Shown here: piece after piece, positions 22,710-36,693 of the stretch | How the letters are laid out: each line of letters begins with the position of its first letter | How positions within the stretch are numbered: position 1 is the stretch's first letter | Source: Albugo candida | Taxonomy: Eukaryota | Direction of reading: 5' to 3' | NCBI GenBank assembly: GCA_040437565.1 | Contig: JBDOQK010000015.1 | Location: forward strand, 248,001 to 312,000 | Length of the DNA: 64,000 bases | The notes under the pieces: generated by a model | Told to the model about the DNA's origin: nothing | Database searches by the model: none | Seen by the model: the letters and a program-made list of their open reading frames with translations, nothing else | Position numbers and translations under genes: made by a program

Positions 22710-25453
22710 ATGCCGTTTTGCCTTAAACTAGATCTATGATTGATTTTTCGATCGCCTGAAATCCAGATTTGCAAATGCTGCTCTAGTCGCCCCTATCGGC
22801 AATCAAATCGTTTGGATCGTTCGTTCTCCGGCCTTATGGTTTTGTCACCAGTGATATTGCAGGATACTGTAGTATCAACTAGGACGATTGCTGCCTTGTA
22901 GTTTGTCTACAGCCACGACGAGATTGGGTGCAATTTCTGTGATCTAACACAAGTCGATATGCGGCGCCTTAGACAAACTACTTCGCGATGCTTCGGTATG
23001 GCAATGCACATCTTGGGATTCGTGATTCCGTGCGATACAGACACGCGTGCAGCGTACGGTGTGCGGAAAAGTAATGTTAACTAGCTCATCTATCGAATGT
23101 CTACTAGTTTCTTCGCATCTGCTACAGTATTAAATGACAATCACAAAGAACACATTTCACAACATAATCACACCCAAATAGTTGTTCGATATCGCGGTGA
23201 ACCAGACTTTATGTATATCAGTCGGCAAAACAGCATGGTTGTAGAGCTGGTAGGAGCTATGCGTGAATCTCACCTTTTCAAACAGATCAAAATGCAAGTT
23301 GATATACATATGTAGTGTCACAATGCCTCAACAACAATATAACAATCTACCCCTTTTTTCATTGTCAAACAAAGGATTTTACACTTCATTTTGATCTTTC
23401 TGAGTTTAAAGACTTCTTATCGTCATCAAGATATTGCAGCCACATAACGTTGCTGCTGTGAACCCATGGGCTACATTACGTGTGCTTTGCTTCGCGAGAT
23501 CTACATTCTGGAATTTCAATGAGATAACTTACCATAGAATCGCCAAGTCATTCATTTCAAGAGCAAATTGGACGCTTTTGGATCAACATGATTGTAAAAG
23601 TGGTCATACATTTGCCCTCTCGTGATGAATATGAGCTTACCCGCGATCGAGACATCATCACTTGATGAATTTGGTGACTAAGTATATACAACTGACTCGT
23701 CGCAGGCAAGCTCTATGATGTCAGCGGGGGTAAATTGGCTGTGACGCTCGCAAGGGATTTTTGCAGTGTTCTCGCTAGATCGAGGCAAACGATCTTGGAT
23801 CCTCGCTTTTTCTATTTTAGCATTGGTGTACCGAACCATTGCGCTAAAACGTAACGCAATCCAACGTCTTTGATTGATTAGCTACATCTAACTATGTGTC
23901 GGAAAGTAAGAGGAGTGCTCGGTCGGAATTGAAACAAAGAGATCCTTTCACTCGGTATAAGCCACTCGTTCGAGCACGATGAACTGAAAGAAAGGCTCCA
24001 ATCAAGGCTGCCCGGTCTCTGGATGCTTTCTGAATACACAGTCTGTTGGTTCAAATGCCAAACATTGTTATAGCAAGATTCAAGAGAGGAAGTAATGTCC
24101 AATGGATGGTAGCAGCTGGTGCTAGCCTGCAGTATCCACGGTCAGACATCTGACTCGGGAAAAGGCTCGTATTGACGACGTCTCGAAATCTCCAGTGATG
24201 GAATCGGGAGGTAGTACATGATGTGGCCTAGTGATTCACTGTAAAATATTGACCGATGGACAAAAGATATGAAACCGGACGTGCATATTGCCAGGAAATT
24301 TGCATCGCTGTTTATCAGATATGCCTTGGAGGAGCGTATAAATTGCAAGACAGCACCAATTGCATCGCGACCATCATATGCTGAATTGAAGTCGCTCAAA
24401 GCTCAGTCAGTACAAGCGCAGACAATCATCATCCATGTCGTTATCCGATGCCATCAAGTCCGATAGAGCAATGCGTAGAGTGACGACGTAGCTACGTATT
24501 TGTCATAGTAAGACGAGTAAATTTGCTGTAATGTTAGCGATGCTTGGTAATGGACAGACTCGGCGGCACTTGCGATTGTCAGCTCTGTAAATACATACAA
24601 ATCCCGCGAGATTGTGAAATATCCACTCAAGCGTTTCCGAAAGCCGGAATTTATTTTACACAACCGCCTTGAGCGAGCCATAGCGCGATTTGAAAATGGA
24701 TGCGGTCAGACGAAGTTCGTGAATTCTTTCTTTTTGCATGCTGTACGGGACTCAAATCATCCGATGCAACGCAAGCCCACAAACTTAACAGTTCGTTTCG
24801 GCTAGGTGGCAGACTTCTATTTCAAGTCAGCAATTGATTGATCAGTGACATGTTGACGACACTTTTGAATCATCAGTAGTCTTTGTCGTGATTAATTTGT
24901 TTGATCGTCAAACTGGCACCAATGAAAGTACGGTGGACGGTCTTGGTTGTCATACTGCTGTAAAATATTTCATCTCGAAGTTACCCATATATTGCAGTAC
25001 CAGGCTCCATCTATCCACAAGGTGGTACGTCAGGGACACGTGTGCGCGTCTGTCATCTTGCGATAGCAGAACGGCTTGCTTCTATCTGGCTAGGGTCGCG
25101 TACGCAACATGGCGCTAAGCAGTGGCTTTTACATGACGATGGCTCGGTGGACACCATCACGTGCTGCGTTTAGAAAACATCGGATGTGCTCATTTCCATG
25201 TTTTCGCTCAGATTTGGTGGTGACATGTTCCTGAATTGAGGAAGCGAATAGAAATTCGATATAAGTATCCGTAGCACAGTAGAATTCGGGGTGGAGAATT
25301 AAATCTCAGTACTGAGAATGCCTGCACTTTGTTGAAGTAACATCGAGCTAAGTTTTTAGATATAGAGACAAAATCGTTTGTAAAGATAGTAAGTATGCTG
25401 AGCGAAAGCACTGTAAACTCGATGCTTCTTTGGCGGGGATTGGTGGCATCGCA

Positions 25454-26911
25454 CTACTTTCCATGCCAATTGTTGCCCATTGCCGGAGAGTATAGAATGT
25501 CTTCCACCACGTGCGCATCAAAAGGTATTTCTAGCCGTTCAATCCCTCGCATTTGACGATGACGCACAAGCCCATGATCTTTCAGAGTTTTGATGGAGCA
25601 ACCGAACGCCCCGTATGATCGCACTAACAACTCCTTTGTAGCCGCTCCATACACTTTGTGATATTCCGCGAATACACGTGTGCTACGGGTAGTACTTGTA
25701 GCCGCTATCAACTGGATCCGCGCGATGCATCGCAGAATGGAAACATCTTTGGGTGCAAGGCTTTGGATTATGTATTGTATACCGGCAGATGACTGCTTTG
25801 TCTCTTTTTGTGACGTAGATGATTGCCACATAATTTCATGATCGTATGGTGAGTCTGAATCGAGCTGATAGTATACCCACTGATAGCGTTCTAGATCCGA
25901 TTCTAGCCACATGCATGGGCTGTTTATGTGATCAATACTCGCGAGAACATGAATCAATTTCGCTGTTGATAAAATGCTCAAACAGCGCTGAAGCTCTAAA
26001 CTTCGAAGTGCATATCCATCCAGAGAATGCACGATTAGGATGGTGCGTGGGTAGCTTGACGAGTTTTGTAATTTGACGATGTCATGGCACTATCAAAATC
26101 CATTAGATTTTCGTTAAAGATTAAAAACTTCTCACCGTTTGTTCCAAGGATGAATTCGTGATAATGCTCTTGAAATTCATTATCTAGTTGAAGAGTTGTA
26201 AATTGTGCGGCCAAACGAAGTGACTTGAAGTAGTAAACACCTTCTCGAGTATAAATTTACAAACGTATTGGACGGATACTGACTTGAGATAACCATGTAT
26301 CTGAAGGACAAAGCATTCAAGGATATAATTGTCGGCAAATTCCTGAAAGCTCAACAATGATAAAAAAAATGCTCAAGCGCAATATTCCTCATAGCTTTCA
26401 TACCTTTAGTATATTCAGTTTGGACCCGAAACCATAGCAGAGAATGTTGAAACCGGCAAGCAAACTGCTTTGCCAATCTGCGAAAATCTAGAGACATTCA
26501 ACCGCAAGTATGCAAACCCTTGCACAACAGAAGGCGTACCTTATCTTGCTTCTTGTTGTCTACTTGTAGTGATTTTTTACAAAGTGTGTCAAATCTTTCG
26601 AAAACATCAAAGATCACTTCTCGTTTAGGTAAGCTGAAGTGTGAAATCTTTTTCTTTCCTTCTATTTCAGATTGTACTGCATCCTGTTTGTTGGACGCTT
26701 CTGACTGGCTTCTGAGTCTTTTATCAGTAACGAGTGGAGAATATAGCTTCGTTTGTGTTCGCTTTCTTCCTAACCGACGGGATGTAAAATATTCATTCGC
26801 TTTCAAGTCTCCGAGTAATCGCATGTTAGATGACTCATCCTTCTGACTGCAATCTGCTTCTTCGGGTTGGTTGGGATTTGAAGGTATTGTTGCATCCGTA
26901 AATGATGTCAT
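25454..26911 (-). CDS. ORC2: Origin recognition complex subunit 2, multi-exon
   Basis: WQSSLLAGFNILCYGFGSK, IHGY and HSLDG..LR...Q..LSIL.....IHVLASIDHINSPCMW are ORC2 motifs. C-terminal winged-helix-like end (LKDHGLV...LEIPF). Confidence 0.9.
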
Positions 26912-27053
26912 TCGCTGGGCAAGATAATACTTTCAACCAGTAATAANNNNNNNNNNNNNNNNNNNNNNNNNNNNNNNNNNNNNNNNNNNNNNNNNNNNNN
27001 NNNNNNNNNNNNNNNNNNNNNNNNNNNNNNNNNNNNNNNNNNNNNNACGGATA

Positions 27054-28300
27054 ATGTCGCTGTTCCTAGCAAATCTTGGAATGGCGAGCTACTTTTTAGC
27101 TCTCTGTTACATGTTTCTTACTGTAATCACCGTGACCAAATACATGGAACTACGTCGCGTCCTTCGGCGCTACCAATTCACTGGGTGGAATACAGTTCAG
27201 TTATTGATATGGAGCATCGCTTTAGGAGCGTTTTTTCGTATGACAACATTTTCAACTCTGTGTATTTTCGACTACTCGCAACGATCGATCCGCCCTTATC
27301 CTTATGTGATAGTCGGGGTTCCTCCGTACAATCCAACGCAGCACGATAACAACAATGCGGTCGAGAGCGATGCTAAGGAGCTTGTATCAGCGTCCGAAAC
27401 TGAGCTGAATTTCTACAACAAGGTTGTAGCGGTTTTGTTCAATCTTCCCGACTACCTCTTCGTCTCGTCGTATCTTCTAGTGGTCTTAGTGTGGGCAGAA
27501 TCTTTTCAGTCGGCAAGTATCAAAAAGCTATAAACGAATTGTGTACATCATGCATCTATTTTGCTGCTAGTCACGTCATCATTGGTTCTCTGCAGAGCAT
27601 TTCCGGCGTAAATGGATGATATTTTACCTCGTTTTCAACGGAGCTCTGTACCTCGCGCAGGTTTTTCTGTACATGATGCTTTTTCTGTTTGATTCAAATG
27701 GGATATTTCGCGACTCAAGTGAGCGTAGACTTCGTGTGGTAAGATGCTTATTGTACTCATGCCTTCTATAATGAGATGCGACTGTTCCTGTGCAGATACC
27801 GGAAATGATATTTTATGTGGTTGCCGCTACCGACTTGTTGCTACCAATCATTATTTCGACAACATGGCTATACTTGACATTGTCACTTTCCGGATTTCCC
27901 TTTCGATCTTCGTCTACGAAATTCCGATTAAAGCGCGTGGGTCGTTTGGCCATGATATGGAGCCTTGGTCGTATCTTATACAGTGTCATGACGCTCCTAA
28001 CGTTTACAAGAGTACGTTGTGCATGGACGCTTATAATTATCAAGCCTAAATCGTTGTTCACACCAGGGATGGTTTAATGTGAATCATGGCAAAGAAACGG
28101 TGCAACTCGCGCTGAATTGAACCCGTACAACATTTTTATAGTGTTTTCATCTTGGATAGGTACAATCAATGGTCCTGGTAGCTGTATTCTTCGTGGCTGA
28201 GATCTTGCCTATCTACTCGACACTTGATGCAAGACTTTTGACCATGCTATCAGTCGAGGATTATCAGCCACTGTTGGAGAATTCTGCCATCCTCTACTGA
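27054..28300 (+). CDS. THH1/TOM1/TOM3-domain (GPR137-like) 7-TM membrane protein, 5 exons
   Basis: LFNLPDYLFVSSYLLVVLVWAE motif and a terminal FFVAEILP helix. Exons 27054-27512, 27571-27738, 27796-28011, 28067-~28099 and ~28160-28300 splice in frame. The start is next to a gap, so the N-terminus may be longer. Confidence 0.75.
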
Positions 28301-28803
28301 GTCCTTAATCATCTCGGAAGCTTCTCACTCAAATTAATGCATAATCACGACAATATGCGTCAAAGTCTCACGATTTTTATGAATCCATAAACATCTAATT
28401 TTTCAAGCACGCTTATACGTGTAATTGAAGCACCAATGAGAATAGGGAAAGGAGTTCTGTAGCGTCTCATAAAGGTCATCTCAGTTACTTTAGTTTTAGT
28501 CTCAGGAGATATTATTGCAATGCAAACATTAGATTCATCCACATCATTGTCTTCACTGGACATCCATGCATATCAAGTGGAGTGTACATCCGTGGATTCG
28601 GATTCGCTCGAGGGATATGAATTTGGGAAAGAGTTGCTGCAAACGCGACGACATTCTGTAAGTATCCAAGCCAAAAAGCAGCTTCGTGTGGTGTGATACT
28701 GAAATGCGTATAATTGCAACAGGGCGTAGTTCGGAATGATCGTACACCCTTAAATACTCCTTATACACCTCACTTGGTCAAGCTACAACTGAGTGAGCAC
28801 GGG

Positions 28804-29442
28804 ATGTATACGCTACAGGAAGAAGAAGACACCGCTTCCAAAAGTTACATCGTCACACTGCACTCAAAAGTAGCTGGTTTCTTTCGTAGCATTGGCAACT
28901 TGAGGTATCACAATATCTATTTTTTTGCTAATATTTATCCTCGTGCTCATAAAACTGTAAATTGAAATGTAATGCTAGGATCTTCGTCGCTAGCCTTTTG
29001 ATTAAGATACTACCATCATGGATAACGCATAGCTATTTTTTCGAAAAGGTGTGTTTTCGCGATAGTATTGCGAATGACATTGATAGACTTTTTATGACTA
29101 AGTTTGCATATCACATGTTTGCAGTATTATCAGCTGATGGCTAGTGTTATGACCGCATCGATTTGTATCCCAGTGATACTTCTTTCAAGTCCAATTGTGA
29201 TCACGCTTTGCTTTCTCACGTCACCAATTTGGATGGCGGCATTACTTGTGGTCGGAATGCAGTCAATATTTATTCACACAAAGAAAAAAATGATAGTAAG
29301 CAACTACTCAAAATCATCCAGTCCGGTCGCGAACGCGGTATCGCCTCATTCTGTGACTCGCAACGGCTCGAAATTGGCAGTCGGTCAAAGTTTACAGAAA
29401 TTGAACGGTCATGGTAATGGTCACGGAATCTCCGTACTATAG
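28804..29442 (+). CDS. Small (about 162 aa) hydrophobic-hairpin protein with an oleosin-like proline-knot motif; 3 exons
   Basis: Exons 28804-28904, 28979-29048 and 29125-29442 join in frame through GT-AG introns of 74 and 76 nt. An uncharged stretch of about 45 aa contains PVILLSSP and LTSPIW. Confidence 0.65.
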
Positions 29443-29577
29443 ACAACAGAACGTAGCGTGCTACAACAATCCATCTGATATTATCTGGCTATGTCAGGAT
29501 AAGTTTATGTCGTTGATTAAATGCTATTGCCATTTATCACAAATTTCTCACTCCAAACCAGCTCGATCTCTGAATTT

Positions 29578-31214
29578 TTAAATGTTTTTGCATGCTGCCA
29601 TTGTGATGAGAATCATCATTACTAAAAGCCCAATCATGAAATCGACAGGAAACTGAAATGGCTGGGTCGAATTATCCAAGTTGCTAGGCTCGCTGATGTT
29701 CTGATGTTCAGGCTCTTCTCGAAAAGGTGCCCACCGTCTGATAACTTCATATATTTTCTCATCCGAGACTTCTTCCGCAATATATTCAAGCGGGTAGGCT
29801 TCGTCATCATAGTGAAGCTCCACTTGTAGTACAGAACCCATCATGTCCGTGATAGGTATATCATCAATTGTTTGTTCCAGTAAGTCTACCCGATAATCAG
29901 GTGTCGATAGAAGAGACCGAGGATCATAAAACTCGAAGAGATTGCGAAGTGTCGCATGATGTATTGAGTTGCTCAGTTTCAAACGTTGGAGATAGTCGAG
30001 TGTGTAGTAAGTAAAGCGATCAATAACAGATAGACCCAGCTATGAAATAAAATAATGTACGTTATAGTGAGTGCAAACGTTCATGGTCAGACAGAAATTT
30101 CACCTGTCGATCCACGTGATGAGCGTATGAGTTTTCGCCTAGTTTGGAACTACCAATGGTGGCAACATTTGGAGATGTGATAGCCTTGAAAAGACTTCCT
30201 GCCTGGCAAGTGTCGACCATGAATAAGATCTTCTTGTACCTACAAGCGTTTGCAACTAGATGTTTATGATGTAACGATACTTGATCTAGCTTTCAATTAC
30301 CTTTTTTTCACGTACATATCTTGGAACGCGTCAGCCAAATCTTGGCTGGAGATCTCTTCTGCGTCCTATATGCGATTTGATTAGACATCAACGCATGAAG
30401 AAAGAAAAAAGGTCACCTGAAACTTGAGAAATTGGTCCCCTCCGTGTCCTGTCATGAAAATCTATATTGGAACATTTCAATTAGTACCAGTGCCAAGCCA
30501 AAAAAATGCCCTCATACAAAAATGTTGCTGTTCTCATCTGTATCGAGCTTTTTCGAGGCTGGTGTCGCTTCCTGATGTCGACCTAAGAGTTCAAATGCAT
30601 TGTCAAAATCTATTAACAAACTCTAAAATTTTCGACTTACCGGTCAGAACGGTAATGAAATTGGCAACAGTGGTTTCTGCTCCACGATAATCCACTTCGA
30701 CATCCTTGCCGTATCTTCACAATAAACCACCTTCAGCGATCTAACTAATATCATTAATAGTGGCAATAAACGCCTACAGGTTAATCTTCTGGGTGCGGCT
30801 GTTGAAAACTTGACCAGGAAAACAGTTTCTTGCGTTGCAAGGCATTTGGTCGGCAAGCATCAAAATGATCTATTCGATAAGATAGCAAAAGCTTTTTGAA
30901 TCAGAATTGTCACATTGAGTATAGCCTACTTGACTGTCAGGAATTCCCATGAGCTTGACAGAGTGATAAAGGGATAATGCGTTTGCGATGTGTCGATAAT
31001 TGAACCAAAAACGAGACGTGTCTACCTGTACAATTATTGTCAAGTCTGGTGAATACAACTGCTAGCAGCTCACCACTACAGCCCAGTTATTCGTCGAGGA
31101 TTCAGGTCCTGTGTTGGATCTTTCTGTACATGCATACACTGCAAAGCTCGCCAGTAGCAGTCTGAGTAAATTTATCTTTGTAGCATTAGCTCTGTTGTAT
31201 GCGAATTGTTTCAT
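29578..31214 (-). CDS. GPI8: GPI-anchor transamidase catalytic subunit (peptidase C13), 8 exons
   Basis: [41 protein letters not shown], catalytic TGHGG and DTCQA, signal-peptide-like N-terminus and C-terminal TM helix. Confidence 0.95.
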
Positions 31215-31526
31215 TATGTATTCTCTACACAAAGCTAAAGTGCACGGATGTAAATATATTGTCGTATTTGCTGATAATCAGCGGGTATCTAGCCAATGAT
31301 CAATGCAGCCTGTCTGATGCTTCGCAAATGTATCCGCATGGTGCGTGCTTTTCAGCCAATTAATTCTAGCTCTCGGCGGGCTATGTCCAATTAAAATCGT
31401 TCGGTATTGCACCATTCATACGTCGGCAATAAGGCAGTGTCATTTTAGTTTTGGCCTTGACAACGATCGTTATACGCGCTCGATACTTGAATTGTTCTAG
31501 TGGTAACACCTGATTGCACTGAAAAA

Positions 31527-34500
31527 ATGAATAAGAGGTTTGTTAAAGGTGCCAATAATGGCGAGAACCAGGAGTATCGTAATCCACTAATAAAGCAGTT
31601 TGTCCTTGAAAAAGACCGACCTGTCAAGATCAGTCATTTGAATTTTGGACTATTGTCGGAAGTTGAGATGATGCGATTGTCAGAGATCCGGGTCACCAGT
31701 CGAGATCTATTCGCAATCCAATCTCGCGATCCTGCAAAAAATGGTGTATTGGACAAACGCCTTGGAGTTAGTAACAAAGCAGACACTTGTGATACATGCA
31801 ATTTACGCCTATCGGACTGCGTTGGTCATTTTGGTTACATTAAGGTATGATGCCATTTTAATATACTTATTGAACTTTTGATGTAAGAGCTTTTTGCCAT
31901 AGCTGGAATTGCCGGTTTTCCACATTGGATACTTCAAAGCGACATTAGAAATCTTGCAAATGATTTGCAAAGAGTGTAGTCGGGTCTTACTATCGCTCAA
32001 TGATCGAGAATTGTTCTTGCAACGTGTTCGAGATCCCCGAGCTGACGCATTACGACTTAAGGCACTTCGGAAAAAAATGGCTACATTATGCAAACGAGTT
32101 GTAAAATGCCCTCATTGTCAATCTGTTAATGGAACTGTACGCAAAGTGAACTCATCGACACTGAAATTAGTTCACGAGAAATTCCGTGCAAAGTCTGCTC
32201 AAGATTTACGAAATGTCTTCGTCGCTCAATTTAGGGAAGCTCAGACGATTAATCCCGAGATTCGGCAGCACTTGCCAAAAGCACAACAGGATTTATCTCC
32301 ATTGGTAGTACAGGAGCTTTTTGAACGCATACCTGATCAAGACTGTGAATTACTGTGGATCGATTCGTCACTTGGTCGACCAGAAAAACTTTTACTGAAC
32401 TCGCTACTGGTTCCTCCCGTTTGCATACGTCCGTCCGTTGCGATGGATGCTGGCGCGGGAAGTAATGAAGATGATCTGACAATCAAGCTGCAAGAAATCC
32501 TCCAAGTCAACTTCGCGCTGCATGCTGCACTTCGACAGGGGGCTACACTAACCATGGTCATGGAAGACTGGGATTTCCTTCAGATACAGGTTGCGCAACT
32601 AATGCACGGCGACACACCCGGACTTGCAAAACCAATGAATGCACCCAAAAGCATCCGCGGATATTGCCAGCGACTGAAAGGAAAACAAGGTCGATTTCGA
32701 GGAAATTTGTCGGGGAAGCGTGTAGATTTTTCAGGCCGAACGGTCATATCACCAGATCCTAATCTCCGAATTGATCAAGTCGGTGTGCCACAGCACGTTG
32801 CCAAGACCATGACGTACCCAGAAAAAGTCACCCGATACAATATACACAAGTTGCGTAAATGTGTTGTGAACGGGCCAACTGTGCATCCTGGAGCGAATGT
32901 AATACGCCTCCAAGGTCAAAATCTGACAAAAAATTTATCGTATGGTGATCGTGCCAATATGGCAGACGATCTGAAAATTGGAGATACTGTCGAACGTCAC
33001 ATGGAAGATGGAGACGTGGTCTTGTTCAATCGTCAGCCTTCTTTGCACAAAATGTCAATCATGGCACATCGGGCGAAAGTCATGCCCTGGAGAACTTTTC
33101 GTTTCAATGAGTGCGTTTGCTCGCCCTATAATGCCGATTTCGATGGAGACGAAATGAATATGCACCTGCCACAAACAGAAGAAGCGCGTACTGAGGCTTT
33201 GACTTTGATGGGTGTCGAGCACAACATGATCACACCCCGAAACGGAGAACCTTTAGTCGCCGCAACGCAGGACTTCTTGACGGCTTCGTACTTGCTGACA
33301 CAAAAAAATATCTTTCTCAATCGGGAGCAATTCTGTCAGATGATTGCAATCATGAGCGACGCGGTCGAACACATTGACATGCCGGAGCCTGCAATCATTC
33401 ACCCGTTACGCTTGTGGACGGGAAAACAAGTGATCAGTCTACTGATTAAACCCAACAACACCTCCTACGTACTGGTCAATCTAGAATTAAAGGAACGCAA
33501 CTACACCAATAACACGTATATGTGCTACAAAGACGGATACGTGTGCTTCCGTAACAGTGAATTGATGTGCGGGAATCTATNNNNNNNNNNNNNNNNNNNN
33601 NNNNNNNNNNNNNNNNNNNNNNNNNNNNNNNNNNNNNNNNNNNNNNNNNNNNNNNNNNNNNNNNNNNNNNNNNNNNNNNNGACGCGGTCGAACACATTGA
33701 CATGCCGGAGCCTGCAATCATTCACCCGTTACGCTTGTGGACGGGAAAACAAGTGATCAGTCTACTGATTAAACCCAACAACACCTCCTACGTACTGGTC
33801 AATCTAGAATTAAAGGAACGCAACTACACCAATAACACGTATATGTGCTACAAAGACGGATACGTGTGCTTCCGTAACAGTGAATTGATGTGCGGGAATC
33901 TATGCAAGAAAACTCTTGGAGATGGTAGTAAGCAAGGACTATTTTATGTGCTTATCCGTGATCATGGCTCTCATGAAGCAGCCAGATGTATGAACCGACT
34001 AGCGAAGCTATGTGCTCGTTGGCTTGGAGGCTCCAAAGGTTTCTCGATTGGAATTGATGATGTGACACCATCCGAGCATTTAATGGGGAAAAAGAATGAG
34101 CTTCTAGAGAACGGCTACACTGGTGCTAATGAAGCCATTGAGCAATACCGACTTGGTAAACTTCCTTTGAAGCCTGGATGTAACGCTATCCAGTCTCTAG
34201 AATCCGAGCTTAACGGGCTTCTTGGAAAACTACGTGAGACCGCGGGAGCGGAGTGCATGCGAACACTCCCCTTCCACAACAACCCACGTATAATGGCTGA
34301 ATGCGGCTCAAAAGGGAGTGCGTTGAATATATCGCAAATGGTTGCATGCGTTGGCCAGCAGTCTGTGAGCGGTAAACGTGTACCTGAAGGCTTTGTCAAT
34401 CGGACACTACCTCATTTTCTTCCCCACGCTTTGCATGCAGCCGCAAAGGGTTTCGTGGCTAATTCCTTTTACAGCGGCTTGACGGCCACCGAATTTTTCT

Positions 34501-36548
34501 TCCACACAATGGGAGGACGAGAAGGTCTCGTGGATACTGCTGTAAAGACAGCCGAGACAGGTTACATGGCTCGAAGGCTCATGAAGGCACTGGAAGACCT
34601 TTCATGTCAGTACGACCGGACTGTGCGCAACTCAGAGGGAGCCGTTGTCCAGTTCATGTATGGTGATGATGGTCTGAATCCTGCTTTCATGGAAGGTGAC
34701 GATCGGCCCGTGGATTTCAACCGTCTATACGAGCATATTCGAAGCACTTTACCGGATAAGGAATCACGGTCACTTCTCCCATTCGAAATCAGACTCTTAG
34801 TGAAGAATGCAATGCTCCGCAAGGAATTCCAAAGCATCTTACCAGCGGGTCGCAAATTTCTCATTGAAATCGAAGAATTTTTCAGTAATCTAGCATCCAG
34901 GATAGCTAAGACACGTACCAATGTTGGTGTCGATTCAATGGATCACACGCTTACGCCGTACGCTGCGAAATTGGAAAAGATGATAGAAGACAATCTGGCG
35001 ACTCCAACCACTATGAAACCTTCGGATCAGCTGTCGCAAAAAAAGCCAAAGGTAAAAGTATTGAATTTGATGCGCTCGAAATCAATCAAAGATGAAAATA
35101 CGAGCTCAAGTGTGATCAAGAATGAAAAGGACCCGATTTTTAACCATGATGATATTGACGTTGATGACGTGGAGACAGCAAAACAGTTCTGGGCTGCACA
35201 TGAGCGAGAAGAATTAGACACTGTCGATATGTGCACATGGGAAAAGGCCAAGTTTAAAGATGCAGCAGTGCGGAAGCTTTGGATAGAGAAGGTTAAAGAA
35301 CGAAATACATGCGAATCTCGCGAAGCAGGCTGCCTGATCTCGCATAATGTGTGCCGGATTACTGAAAGTCAGATTGAGAAGCTCCTTGAAGTATCGTTGT
35401 ACAAGTATCATCGCGCTTGCATGGAACCTGGAGAGGCGGTTGGTGCCATCGGGGCACAATCGATCTCAGAACCCGGTACACAAATGACGTTGAAGACTTT
35501 TCATTTTGCCGGTGTAGCAAGTATGAACGTCACACTAGGCGTGCCTCGATTGAAAGAGATTATCAATGCCTCCAAACAAATCAGCACACCCATTATTACG
35601 GCAGCACTTGTCAATAAAACAGATGAACGCTCCGCCCGGATTGTGAAAGGGCAAATCGAGAAGACAACTCTCGGTGAGATTGCAGTGCACATCAAAGAAG
35701 TCTTTGCTCGTGATCAAGCGTATTTATCGGTTGGTCTCGACGCACACGCCATCAAACAACTTCACTTGAATATAAGCGCCCAAACGGTCCGGAACAGCAT
35801 CCTAAAAGCAGTGGGGATCGGACCACGGAGTATTTTGAGAATGCTGAAAGAGCAGCATGTCCTATTGAATGCCCGATGTCCATCCAAATTGCGAATTCTT
35901 GCACCAAGCAATCAAAAAACATCATTTACTCGGGGAGCATACTTCACGATGCAGGCGTTGAAAGCCGAACTCCCCAATGTTATTGTACAAGGGATTCCGC
36001 AGGTCAACAGGGCTGTAATCAACTATGAGGAAGGCAAAACAGATTCTCACGGAGTGCGAACACATCATCTGCTTGTTGAGGGCTACGGCCTGGCGGAGGT
36101 GATGGGAGTTCCAGGCGTGGATGGTCTAAACACTCGATCGAATCATATTGTTGAAGTGGAAAAAACTCTGGGAATCGAGGCTGCAAGGGAACTCATCAGC
36201 TCAGAAGTCAGTTATATAATGAGCGCGTACGGAATTGGGATCGATCGCCGACATCTCATGCTGCTATCCGACATTATGACGTTCAAAGGGGAAGTTCTTG
36301 GAATCACGCGTTTTGGTATTGCCAAAATGAAAGAAAGTGTTCTCATGTTGGCTTCCTTCGAGAAAACCACTGATCATTTGTTCGATGCAGCGGTGCACTC
36401 ACGTACAGATGCAATTGTTGGGGTCAGCGAGTGCATCATTATGGGCATACCCATCCCAATTGGAACAGGGATATTCAAGTTATTGCGAAGAGTAGAGAAA
36501 CCAAAAATCAAGCACCCAACACCTTTGCTGATGCAATTTGAGATATGA
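31527..36548 (+). CDS. RPC1: DNA-directed RNA polymerase III largest subunit
   Basis: Zn-binding CDTC..DCVGHFG, QRLKGKQGRFRGNLSGKRVDFSGRTVI, Pol III-type PWRTFRFNECVC, NADFDGDEMN, EPGTQMTLKTFHFAG, ESVLMLASFEKT; no heptad CTD. Intron 31845-31902. Split by the gap at 33581-33680 with a 223-bp duplicate. Confidence 0.97.
33358..33903. repeat. Gap-flanking duplication (33358-33580 = 33681-33903), assembly artefact
   Basis: Identical 223 bp on both sides of the 100-N gap, inside RPC1. Confidence 0.95.
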
Positions 36549-36693
36549 TGGGCGTGCTTCCATAGTCGTTAGCTTTATTGATCTCTCTTATCAATCTGGT
36601 ACCAATACAAGGGTTTCCAAGGACGTCGAAATACTATCTCAGCGACGTTTTCGTCACTGAAATACAATTCATTCGACAAAAGTGTCAACGCGA

